Assembly: GCF_963921235.1 (NCBI RefSeq)
Contig: NC_086108.1
Coordinates: 80,292,001 to 80,356,000 of the forward strand
Direction of reading: 5' to 3'
DNA length: 64,000 nt
Origin: Mobula hypostoma
Lineage: Eukaryota
Position numbers and translations under genes: made by a program. Below the pieces are notes generated by a model. The model saw nothing but the letters and a program-made list of their open reading frames with translations, was not told the origin of the DNA and did no database searches. Of the stretch, positions 11,445 through 22,552 are shown piece by piece (within the stretch, counting starts at the first letter, position 1; each line of letters starts with the position of its first letter).

Positions 11445-13740
11445 ATGTGCCCTCTAGTATGAGACCTTTCCGTCCTGGGAATAAAAACATACTGGCTGTC
11501 TACTCTATTTATGCCTCACGTAATTCTATTATCTTCCATTAAGCCTCCTCTCAGTCAATGAGACCTGAGAGAAGACAGCCCCAGCTTGTCCAATCTCGCA
11601 TCATACGACATCCTTCAAGTCAGGCAGCAACCTGGTAAACCTCTGCATCTTCTCCAAAGCCTCCACATTTTTCCTTTCACGAGGTGACCAGAAATGAATG
11701 CACAATCTCTAAATGTGACTTAACCAGAGTTACAGTATATAAAGACCATAAGACATAGGAGGAGAACTTGACCTTTGGCCCTTCAAGTCTGCTACACCAT
11801 TCACTGATGGCTGATTTACTTTCTCTCTCAACCCCATTCTTTTACCTTCTCCCTATAATCTTGGATGCTCCTGCAGAAACACTGATTTAGCCAATCTGCT
11901 TCCTGAACACTACCTGCTCTTCCATCTATTTTTGCATCATCCACAAACTTGGCGACAAAGCCATCAGTTCCTTCAAGTAGCGGATCTCTGCGGAACACCA
12001 GTAGTCATTGGCAGCCGATCGGAAAAGGCTCCCTTTATTTCTACACTTTGTATTCTTCCAGTCTGTCAATCTTCTACCTGTGCTCGTATCCTTGCTGGAA
12101 CACCACGGAAGTTTATCTTGCTCAGCAACCTCATGTGCAGCACCTTGTTGAAGGCCTTCTTAAAATCCAAGTAAACAACATCCACTAACTCTTCTTGTCT
12201 ATCCTTCCTGTTTAAAGCTGTAACTTAACTTCCTGACTCTTGAATTTAAGAGTCTTAACCAATGAAGGCGAGTATACCATATGCCATCTTTACTGTCAAA
12301 TCAATCTGTGTGGCCACTTTTATGGAGCCATGTACCTGGACACGGAGTTCCCTGTGTTCATTAACACTTTTAAGGATCCTGCTTTTAAGTATACACTCTC
12401 CCTTTATGTTGGTTCTTCCGAAGTGATACATCTCACACTTGCCCAGATTAAACTCTATCTGCCACTTCTCCCATACCTACAACATCCCACTGTATCCTTT
12501 AGCAATCTTCTATGCAAACAACAATGTTACCAGTCTTCCTGTTGTATGTAAATTTACACACCCACCCTACCACACTTTAATCCAAATTATTTATATATGT
12601 GAGAAAGAACAGAGGTCCTAGTACAGATCCCTGTGGAGCGTCACAATCCAGAATAAGACCCATCTACCATTATCCTCTGTCTTCTAAGGTCAAGCCAATT
12701 TTGCATCCAGTCAGCTTAGACAAAGTGGATCACATGCATCTAATTTTCTGGATGAGTTAGCATGCAGGACCTTGTTGAATATATTACTAAAATCCCTATG
12801 TACAACATCCACTGCTCTACCTTCATCCATCACCTTTATCAGCTCCTTGATTAGTTAGGCATGATCTGCCCCACACAAAGCCAAGTTGACTCTTCTGAGT
12901 TAGACCATGCACTCTCAATAACCTGGGGTATATCCTATTAGGCCCTAAACATTTATCCAGCTTAATATTTTTCAAAATATTTTCCTCTTTCCAAATCTCA
13001 ATGTCCTAGCATTCCTCAGCACCACTTTGATTTCACTATCCTTATCCTTGGTAAATACCAACAGAAAGTACTAATTGCATCTTCCTCCTCTAAGCACAAG
13101 TTCTCTTCTTTATCCTTGAGCAGTCTTACCCTCTCCCTAGTTACCATAAGACCATAAGATATGGGAGCAGAAGTAGCAGAATTTGGCCATTTGGCCCTTC
13201 AAGTCTGCTCCACCATTTCATCATGGCTGCTCCAATTTTCCTCTTAGCCACAATCTCCTGCCTTCTCCCCATATCCTTTCATGCCCTGACCAATCAGTAA
13301 TCTGTCAACCTCTGCCTTAAATATACATAAAGACTTGACCTCCACAACTGCCTATGGCAAAGAATTCCACAGCTCCATCACTCACTGGGTAAAGAAATTC
13401 CTTCTCATCTCCATTCTAAAAGGACGCCCCTCTATTCTGAGGCTGTGTCCTCTGGTCTTAGACTCTCCCATCAGAGGAAACGTCCTCTCCACATCCACTC
13501 TGTCAAGGGCTTTCACCATGCAATAAGTTTCAATGAAGTCACTCTTCATTCTTCTGAAATGGAGTGAATACAGCCCAGAGCCATCAAACACTGTTCCAGT
13601 TCCCTAAGCCTTACTTATGGTTGCTTTCTTTATTGGCCAAATTAAATACCTCTTTTGTCATCCAACGTTCTTGTACTTTTCCATCCTTTTCCTTCCCTCT
13701 TACTGGAACAAACCGGTTCTGAACTCTGTGCAGCTGGGTT
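11445..13740 (-). mobile_element. Cluster of nested degraded CR1 fragments
   Basis: Antisense RT motifs (gaaggccttcttaaaatccaagtaaacaacatccac reads VDVVYLDFKKAF on the minus strand). (CCATAAGA)n tails occur at about 11745 and 13145; ORF 13382-13591 has SKTRGHSLRIEGRPFRMEMRRNFFTQ. Confidence 0.8.
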
Positions 13741-13747
13741 TTAGACA

Positions 13748-13935
13748 AGGATGGCTTGGTAGCATGGCAGTAGGCATAGCACCTTATAGTGCCAGTGATC
13801 GGAAGATCAGGTTTCAATTCCTGCCTCTGTTTGTAAGGAATGTACATTCCCTCTGTGGCTGCATGGGTTTCCTCTGAGAGCTCTGGGCTCTTCCTCCATT
13901 CCAATAGAGGTACAGGTTAGGGGTAGTAAGCTACG
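13748..13935 (+). mobile_element. HE1/V-SINE-like tRNA-derived SINE, degraded
   Basis: Degenerate A box (tagcatggcagtagg), B box (ggtttcaattcc) and V-domain-like gggtttcctctgagagctctgggctcttcctccattccaa. Confidence 0.65.
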
Positions 13936-14400
13936 TTCAATGCTTCCATTTAATACCAGAGAATGTATGCAGTATACAACCTGAAGTTCTTACTCTCTAA
14001 AGACATCCACGAAACATAAGCGAACCGCAAAGAATGAACGAAAGAAAAAACATTAGAACCCCAAAGCCCCTCTTCCTTCCTCCAATGCACAAGCAGCAGC
14101 AAGCATCAATCTGCGCCCCCCCCACCACCCCACCCATTTCAGCAGGAAGCGTCAGCACCCACCACTCATCAAGCATGCAATAGCAAAGCACCCAAAGAGA
14201 GCCCATGATCTGCAGTCCAACAAAAAACAATGTCTACTTGACAATTTGACATGCCACAGGCTCTCACTCTCACCAACAGAGAGATGTCACCCGTTCCACA
14301 GTGAGGTGGGAGACCAATATAGTTGCTGTTATGATGTTACAGTCTGCCGTGTGTTTTTTAATTCCGAGAATCTCCGACTCGAGAATTGACAGCAAACTCC
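13936..14400 (-). mobile_element. Non-coding retroposon family with LINE-like 3' tail
   Basis: Homologous to 43770-44130, sharing gagagcctgtggcatgtc and tttcgtggatgt...gtatact...tattaaa. Confidence 0.65.
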
Positions 14401-14406
14401 CCCCAG

Positions 14407-14541
14407 TGTCCTGATGAAGGGTCTTGGCCTGAAACGTCGACTGCACCTCTTCCTAGAGATGCTGCCTGGCCTGTTGCATTCACCAGCAACTTTTATGTGT
14501 GTTGCTGGAATTTCCAGCATCTGCAGAATTCCTGTTGTTTG
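14407..14541 (+). mobile_element. Penelope pseudo-LTR mini-insertion with minimal hammerhead ribozyme
   Basis: 9-bp TSD tccccccag at 14398-14406 and 14542-14550. Core is gtc-CTGATGA-agggtcttggcct-GAAA-cgtc-gac. Confidence 0.85.
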
Positions 14542-14550
14542 TCCCCCCAG

Positions 14551-14554
<4 letters not shown>

Positions 14555-14612
<58 letters not shown>

Positions 14613-14620
14613 AGAGAGAG
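14555..14620. repeat. (TG)n/(GA)n microsatellite
   Basis: Directly visible in the sequence. Confidence 0.95.
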
Positions 14621-15582
14621 GGAGCGAGAGGGAGAATGAACCAATGCCCATTGTACCCCCTCGGCATTAAATAATGCCCCATTGGTCATTTCTGGACTTG
14701 TGGCTCAGTTGCAGGTTTATGTTAGTCACCATAGGTATCAGCTCTAATCTCTCCGGTGTCTGTTGTTCAGTACCTCAATACATCAGTAGTCTTTTTGTGG
14801 ATGTAAATGTATTTTAAGAAATTTATTAATACATAATTTTTCATTGTTAACTGATCTCAACTGCAAACAGGCACTGACAAGTATGGTTATGAATTTCATC
14901 ATGCTCAGTATAAAAACTTTCAAGAGGCATATGCACAATATGACCAGCTGGTTCCATCCTCTGCCTATGTCTGTTGTGAAGATGAGCATAGTTGGGTGAT
15001 TCCGCACACTGACGAGGCTAAGTAATATAACTCGAAGGAGTAGAGAATAAGACTTTCAAAGTAGCTGGGATATTGAAGCACAGCATGATTTCCCATGTCA
15101 CCTACTGTCCATGCCTTTTTGGTTGCTATTTATTGGTTGCAACCATGCCAAAAAAAAAGAGCAAAGAAAGAAAATAATGACCTGGAAAAAAAATCACAAA
15201 AAATATACAATGCCATCTCCTTTATACGGTATAGTTAAATACATTTCCATCTGTGAAGAGATTACCTTTCCAGCCTGTGAAAGTTGATGCACAGCAGCCT
15301 TGGTCTCTAGCAATCTCACAAGCAATCTTAGGGATCATCAGTGAGTTTCCAAGCAGTGAATCCAAAGCAGCTCTTGGTTGTAACAGCTCTCATCCATATT
15401 GGGAATACAATACAGTTAAATGAAAACCATATTCAAAATCCTAAAATAATTCCAAATCTAATTTTAATTAGATAGCACAACTGCTATCCTGAAACATTCC
15501 TTGGCAGGAATTTACAATTAGAAGATTACTTTTATTATACATAAGTGCAATATTAAAGGTAAACAATGAGCAAAATTAAACA

Positions 15583-15815
15583 GAGCAACACACTCTAAAT
15601 GCTGGAGGAACTCAGCAAATCAAGCAGCATCCATAGAAATGAAAAAAAAACAGTTGCCTTTTTGGGCTGAGACCTTTCTTCAGGAATGGAAAGGATGGGG
15701 AAGAAAGTTGGTGGGATGAGGGGAAGGAGGATTGCTAGAAGGTGATAGGTGAAGCCAAGTGGGCAGGAAGGATAAAGCGCTGGAGAGGAAGGAATTTGAT
15801 AGGAGAGGAGAGTGG
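15583..15815 (-). mobile_element. Degraded Penelope 3'/pLTR fragment
   Basis: gcaacacactctaaatgctggaggaactcagc...gggctgagacctttcttcagg followed by a purine-rich tract, as at 31302-31700. Confidence 0.65.
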
Positions 15816-15821
15816 ATTATT

Positions 15822-16238
15822 ACACCACTGTTGTAGTGCGTGATTATTTGAGTTACTTTAGCCTTCCTGTCAGTTTGAATCAGTCTGGCAGTTCTCTGAT
15901 TATCTCATTAATAAGGCTTTTTCACCTATGGAACTGCCACTTGCTGGATTTTCTTTTCCATTTTTGTACCTTCTGTGTAGACCATTGTGCATGAAAATCC
16001 CAGGAGATGAGCAGTTTCTGAGATACTCAAACCATCACATCTGGCAACAACAATCATTCCACAGGGGAATGTCAAATGTCAAAATCACATTTATTTCCAT
16101 TCTGATGTTTGGTCTGAACAGCAACTAAACCTCTTGACCATGTCTGCAGCTTTTATCCATTGGGTTTCTGCCACATAATTGGCTGACTAGATATTTGCAT
16201 TAACGAGCAGGTGTAGCTAATAAAGTGGTCTCTGAGTG
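15822..16238 (-). mobile_element. Non-autonomous Tc1-like element, partial
   Basis: Reverse-complement homologue of 39501-39940; the terminal ...taataaagtggtctctgagtg is followed by TA. Confidence 0.8.
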
Positions 16239-17924
16239 TAAATATCATAATTCTCAAGCCTTTTGTGTGACTGTGCACAGAGACAACACAATAGTTTAAC
16301 ATTACAGCATAATCTCCTGCTCACATTCCACTTCCTCTCTCCAAGCACTTCAAGAAAGCCTTAGCACGGCATCTGTGATAATTCCAGACAGAACCCCTGA
16401 CTGCAGCTTAGAGATGGGCTCATCACACACAGGTGAAGCCCTGCTGCAGCAGTGAGGCTCATGGTGCTTCTGAAATGCATACTCTCATTGCAAAATTGCA
16501 GCTGCTGTATTATTATTTGTAGGGCACTGAATAGTTAACTGTGATGTGTCCGGAGTTATAAGTGCATCTGACACACATAGAGCCACAATACATATTACCA
16601 TAGTACTTGATACAGGCATCAATCACTTCCAACAGTCCATTTTCAGCATGTACAGTATATAAAAACATAGCATTATGCAGTACAATTTCCAGCTCTATGA
16701 CAGCTATTCTTCTCTGACACCAGCTCCAAATCCATTGCTAGACCATCTCTCTGTCAGAGTTTCCTTTTTCCGCCCACTTGGCTGCAGACAGGTTAATTGG
16801 TTTTCCTTGAATTCTTTCGATTCCCAAGTTGCACTGATAGTGGGTTTAATATGTGGAAGAAATTAGTTATCTTGCCCATCTATGCATTTTTGCTGGTTTA
16901 TGAGTAAAATGGTTATCTGCAAGTGTTGCTTCAGTTATTTGCAAGGTTGGTGTTTTAACCACTGAAGTTCCATTTGAATTCAAACAATATTAAGCTTCTT
17001 AAGAAGTTTCATAACAAATTAATAATCGATTTAGCTTTTCTCTAGCTTGTTTTTGCTGGTTTCAAAGGTTACTGTAATTTTGGTGGAATTTATTTTTACC
17101 ACAGTGCATTTGCCCAAGCCAGTTAATGAAAATATTTTGGAAACCCTCCAGGGAAGTGAAGTATCCCAGGTTGGGAGTGCCAGCCTTAGGTGGAGGTGGG
17201 GGAAGAGAGGCAGAGGAGGAACATTGTACTTCAATGGATTTAAATTTCTCCAACTTATGAAGACAGGAACAGGATGAAGGCATGAAAACGGGCGGAAAGA
17301 AGAGTAAGTGGGTGTCGTGCTTCCCCTTAACCTATGTAGTTACAAATTTGTAGTTGCAGGATTTTTGACTGAGGAGGGACACTTATTTTTTGGCACACTC
17401 AGGAGGATGTTGGCAAGAGGAAGCACTCAGATCCACTGCAGGGAGACTTGCCAATGTCAAATTCCATTCTTCCTAGGAGGTTATGGTTGGCTATGAAGTA
17501 TCATTAGACATACTTAACTAATCATTCAGTTTGCCTGATGTGTCCCACGATCATTAGAAACAAAGTATTCTAAAGGAATGGAAAAGCCAGCTTTTATCCA
17601 TAGGGCCTGTTCCAAAGTTCATACAATACATTTTTCAGCACAATGGTTCAGCAGCACTGTCTGCAAAACTTTATCCCTCTTATTCATAAAATAATTATAT
17701 GTTATATCATCAAAACCACCTCAAAATAATTATTCTAAAGATCTAATAATAATATCTTCATTTATGTAGTATCTTCCATACATTAAGATGCAGGCTCAAA
17801 GTGCTTAATGTAAATTTTAAAGATAAATCAATATAGTCATGAAAATATGAGACAAAATTAAAATTCGTAAGTAAAAACAAGCATTACATATAATAAAATG
17901 TAATTAGATGTGTCATATTATATC

Positions 17925-19025
17925 CAGTGCCTTGAAAAAGTATTCAGCTTCAAGCCTCAGTTCCCATAAATGAGTATCACAACCAGGAATTTTAATCAAT
18001 TTAACTGAGAATTTTCATTTGTGAATCACATGCTCCTTTTTTCACCGTGGAACCCAGAAAAACAGGGAATATTGTAAAGCATGAGAAAATAAAAATTAAA
18101 AACCTGAAATATCAGCAGTTCAGAGTATTCACCCCTCCCCCCCCCCCCCCTTTTGCTCAGTACTTAGTTCAACCGCCTCTCACAGCTATTACAGCCAGTA
18201 GTCTTTTTGGATAAGTCTCTATTAGCTTTTCACGATGTGATGGAGCAAGATTTGCCAATTCCTCCTTGCAAAATTGCTCAAGCTGTGCCAGGTTAGTTGG
18301 GGAGTGGTGGTAGATAGCAATTTTGAGGTCTTGCCAGAGATGTTCAATTGGGTTAAGGTCAGGACTCTGACTGGGCCACTCAACGGCATCAATTTTCTTA
18401 ATTTGAAGCCACTCCATGGTTGCTCTGGCAATTTGGGTCGTCATCCTGCTGAAAGATAAACTCCTTCCCCAGTTTCTGGCAGAGGCTAGCAGGCTTTTAT
18501 CCATGACCTCTCTGTATTTAGCTGCATTCATCTTCCCATCAATCCTGACCAGATTTCCAGTCCCCGCTGCTGAAAGGCATGATGTTACCTCCACCATACT
18601 TTACAGGACAGATGGTGTTACCTGGCTTATACACTGTACTAGATTTGCAGTACACATACCACTTAAAAAAATAACATATCCTTGCCCATAAAGACTTTGC
18701 AAAGTGTCATTTAGAAGATACTGTAAAGATGTAGAAGAAGGTCTTGTGCTCAGATGAGACTAAAGTGGAACTTTTTGGCCTCAACACTAAGTGTTTATAG
18801 CCAGCTGGTGGTGTAGTGGCAGCAGCACCAGAGGTGAGTGGTCCTGAGTTCGCATTCAGCTGGCTTCTTGCACACTTCACATCTCTGCTCGGCTGAGTGT
18901 TGAGCTGGCAACTTGGCCTTGTAAAAGACAGTCAAATGCTATGGAAATGGCAAGAATACCGCCCAATGTGCCACAGATGGTGAAAAGGAACAATAATTAA
19001 GCAGTACATGTGGCGTAAGTCTAAT
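17925..19025 (-). mobile_element. Tc1-family transposon remnant with internal inversion
   Basis: TIR-like cagtgccttgaaaagtattc at the left end. Minus ORF 18169-18597 has EWPSQSPDLNPIEHLW; the plus strand at about 18690-18790 reads DFAKCHLED...VLCSDETKVELFG. Confidence 0.85.
18795..18997 (+). mobile_element. tRNA-derived SINE, probably RTE-mobilised, inserted in the Tc1 fragment
   Basis: A box tggtgtagtgg, B box gagttcgcattc and an RTE-like gagctggcaacttggccttgtaaaa. The transposase frame resumes after it (KQYMWRKSN). Confidence 0.65.
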
Positions 19026-19067
19026 ATATATTTAATTGGGTAGATAGATGACTGCAACACTGTTTAG

Positions 19068-19830
19068 ACCATAAGACTATAAGGTATGGTGCATCTAGTT
19101 GTAGAGTCTTGGAACCGACCAGCTAGAAGCGGGCCCTTTTGACCTAGCTAGTCCATCCTGAACCATTCAAACTGCCTAGACCCATTAATCTGAATCCAGA
19201 CCATATTCCTCCATAGCCCTCCCATCCACCTAGCTATCCAAACTTCTCTGAAACTTTGAAATTGAGCTCACATGGGCCACTTGCGCAGGCAGATTATTCT
19301 ACACTCTCACAACCCTCTGATTGAAGAAGTTTTCTCTCATGTTCCCCTTAGGCATTTCTCCTTTCACTTTTAATCCCATGACCTCTAGTTGCAGACACAC
19401 CCAACCTCAGTGTAAAAAGCCTGCTTGCGTTTACCCCATCTATACCCCTTATAATTTTGTATACCTCTATCAAATCCCCTCAATCTTCTACATTCCAAAG
19501 AATAAAGTCCTAACCTCATTTATCTTTCCTTATAACTTAGATCCCCCAGTCCCAGCAACATCCAGGTAAATTTTCTCTTTACTCTTTCGACCTTATTTAC
19601 ATCTTTCCTGAAGTTAGGTGACCAAACCTGCACACAATCCTTCACATTAAGCTGCACCAACATCTTGTGCAACTTCAACATAACCTCACATCTCCTGTAC
19701 TCAATACTTTGATTTATGAAGGGCAATGTGCCAAAAGCCTTCTTTATGACCCTATCTACCTGTCCTGCCACTTTCAATGAATTATGGACCTGTATTCCCA
19801 GATCCCTTTGTCCTACGGCACTCCTCAGTG
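19068..19830 (-). mobile_element. CR1 3' fragment, degraded
   Basis: ORF 19520-19777 has QVDRVIKKAFGTL and CVQVWSPNFRKDVNKVERVKRKFT. Confidence 0.85.
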
Positions 19831-20399
19831 TTCATTATGCTTGAGTCCTCCACCAGCTTTCTGGACATAATATTGAATTCTCCGTTTTTAAGATACTTAC
19901 TTGATATTTGACAGAAAGATCATGCAGCTGTATGTAATAAAAGAGGACATTAATCCTTCGTTTGTTAAAGTGCAATTCATCTGGTCTGTACAGTTCTCAT
20001 TTTCCTCTGAACTAGTCCCGTTTCTGCTTCAGTCACTGCACATTTTTTTTGTGCTGTTCTTCTGCTTCCATTTGCACGAGCTCTGACTGAATCGCTGAGT
20101 CTTTTTAGCTTTTTCTTTCTGTTTAAAGGTACCAACCAAGTAGAGATTATAAAATACTATAGAGTTCTGAGGCAGAAAAAAGTACACTGTGAGTCAAGGA
20201 AATAGAATTAGGAACAGTGACCAGAAACATTATCATAAAAATGGATCTAAAGGTGCAACTTAAAATAGGAGAGGGAGGCAAAGACATAGAGTAATGTAGG
20301 GAAAGAAATCCTGAGCATGGGACCCAAGTGGTGAGGTCAAAATTGTGAGAAATCTGAGTTCATATCATCGGACTCAAAGCAGGCTTGTGATTCTCTGCT

Positions 20400-20760
20400 G
20401 GTTGCAGGGGCAAATGTGAGGGGTGGGTGGAAACGTATGAGGAAATCAGGGAGTCATAGAGGGAGTGGTCTCTGCAGAAAGTTGAAGGGGGCAGGGTGGG
20501 GGGGAAATGTGGCTAGTAGTGGGACCCCATTGTAGCTGGTGGACATGACTGAAGATGATACGCCGGATGTGGAGGCTGGAGGATGAAAGTTGAGGACCAG
20601 AGGAACTCTTGAGGGAGGTGGGATGAGTGCAGAAGTTGAGGAATGGATGAAATGCAGGAGAAGGCTCCATCAGCCAGAGTAGAAGGAGATCTACATTTCT
20701 TGAAAAAGAAGGGCTTGTTTTTGGATGCAGGTTGGTAGGCAATAACATTTGAAAATGAAT
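20400..20760 (-). mobile_element. Penelope-like ORF fragment (RT-to-endonuclease linker), degraded
   Basis: SLHIRRIIFSHVHQLQWGPTTSHI resembles the PLE linker upstream of GIY-YIG. Confidence 0.55.
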
Positions 20761-21668
20761 TCATTCACTCTCACTGTCAGATCTCAAAACTACTTCCTGT
20801 TCTGCAGTTGTCTACCAGCACTCCTGGCATTTAGCTGCTACTTAATTATATGTATATCAGGAAAGCATCATATCCCTAGCAAGTACAAGCTGTCTATCCT
20901 TCAGGCCATTTATTCCACCAAAAAATTCAATACACTGATTGAAGACATAGCTTGCTTACCTATATTGTTCAAACTATTACAGTACACACTTCCTCCCAAC
21001 ACGTCTTGTTGCACTCAGTTTTTGGCTCGAAACACTGAATGTTTATTCCTCTTCTTAGATGCTGCCTGACCTGCTAAGTTCCTCCAGTATTTTGGATGTA
21101 AGTGTATTGCCCTGGGTTTCTGGCATCTGCAGAGTCTCCTGTGTTTAGGAGGTGCAGGCTGCCTTTAAATAGCACTCACATAACTGGACTCCCAGCTGAG
21201 GTATACAGTAAATGAAGGATCTGCTCTGCACTATATTCACACACCTCGTTAACATTAAAGGCAACCTGAATTAAAAATTTAAAGTAATTTCTGCAACACA
21301 ATGAAAGGACACAGGTTAATTGCAACCACTATCCCCACAGATCATTTCATTGCCTAGCCAATTTCTCCTTGCTAGGTGTGTAATGGATAATACACATACC
21401 TGGAGACGCTCCAACCAAATTGCCAATTTTTTCTGTGTGTTTTAGTACTACCGATTGGTATTCCATTCTATAAAAGCAATGAAGGGAATACTCTTTGTAA
21501 CTTATACTTTGTCTCCATAGTCTTACATCATATTTTAAAGTGTAACCGCTTTCCAATTATGGTACCATGCTATTACAAATTTGGGTATCTACAGGGAATA
21601 ACATATTCTGATATTTAGTGATTTACAACACAAAATGGGGTTAACATTGACTCTTATTTATTTTCCAG

Positions 21669-21686
21669 AAAGAAATCAGAGCCGAG
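21669..21686 (+). other. Candidate 18-nt microexon
   Basis: ctcttatttattttccag|AAAGAAATCAGAGCCGAG|gtaaaa; frame-preserving length, in unique DNA. Confidence 0.2.
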
Positions 21687-22552
21687 GTAAAATAAAAACA
21701 GACTCCACGCATGAAAATTGGAAACATATACAAAGCCACATAGTTTCTGGAGTGATAGAGATGTCCACAGCAGCCTCATAAATATTGTTGTATAGCGTCT
21801 CAATGCTTGACTTAGTACTTAAACTGCCAGGCATCAAGCCAAATATGTTCAGGATTTCCAGGTTTACATGTAGCTTGACCTATATGCCTAGAAATCAAAC
21901 TGTATGAATTTTTATGTATAAAAAGGTGCATTTAGGAGATTTGTGCCTGGAATGAGCGTATCCTGACACAACTCACCCTATCACTGGGTTCATTTCCCTA
22001 CTGTATATAGCATGCATAGCTCATTCAAAGACTACGACTTAAAAGTTTCATAGAGAAACTCACAATAGGATTATACCGAAAAATGAATGAGTTAAAGTGA
22101 ACACCCAATGGAATATTGATATTGTATAATAAAAAAGCTCTCCATTTTTTAAAATTTAAAAATCAGTGCTAGCAGCTTCCTGTAAAAATCAAGGAATCTA
22201 AAGAATTGTTGTGCATGAAGCTACCATGGAGAGATTTTAAAGGTGTTGAATGTTTAGCGAATATCTGTCATCTGTAAAACATTTAAGGATCATTTAATGT
22301 GCTTAAAGTGAATTAAAACGTGGTAATAATCGCTTAAAGCAAAGATGTCACAATTTTATGATTTTTTTGTGAACTCAAATTGGATGTTAGATCTGTGCAC
22401 AGCATCTGTTCAGCACCTGGTTGTTCAAATATGCCTGAAGTCCAATTTCTGGACAATGAAAGTACCATCAAAGAAAAGTTTTGTATTTAGAGATACAGCA
22501 TATCAACAGGCCCTTCTATCCCAAAGTGCCCACGCCACCCAATTACATCCAT

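Noticed and set aside
14329..14689. THTH/CVCV repeat ORFs
   Set aside because: Microsatellite translation.
22481..22552. N-terminal extension of the CR1 endonuclease ORF
   Set aside because: It comes from the flanking antisense SINE and a non-ATG start; a chance in-frame fusion.
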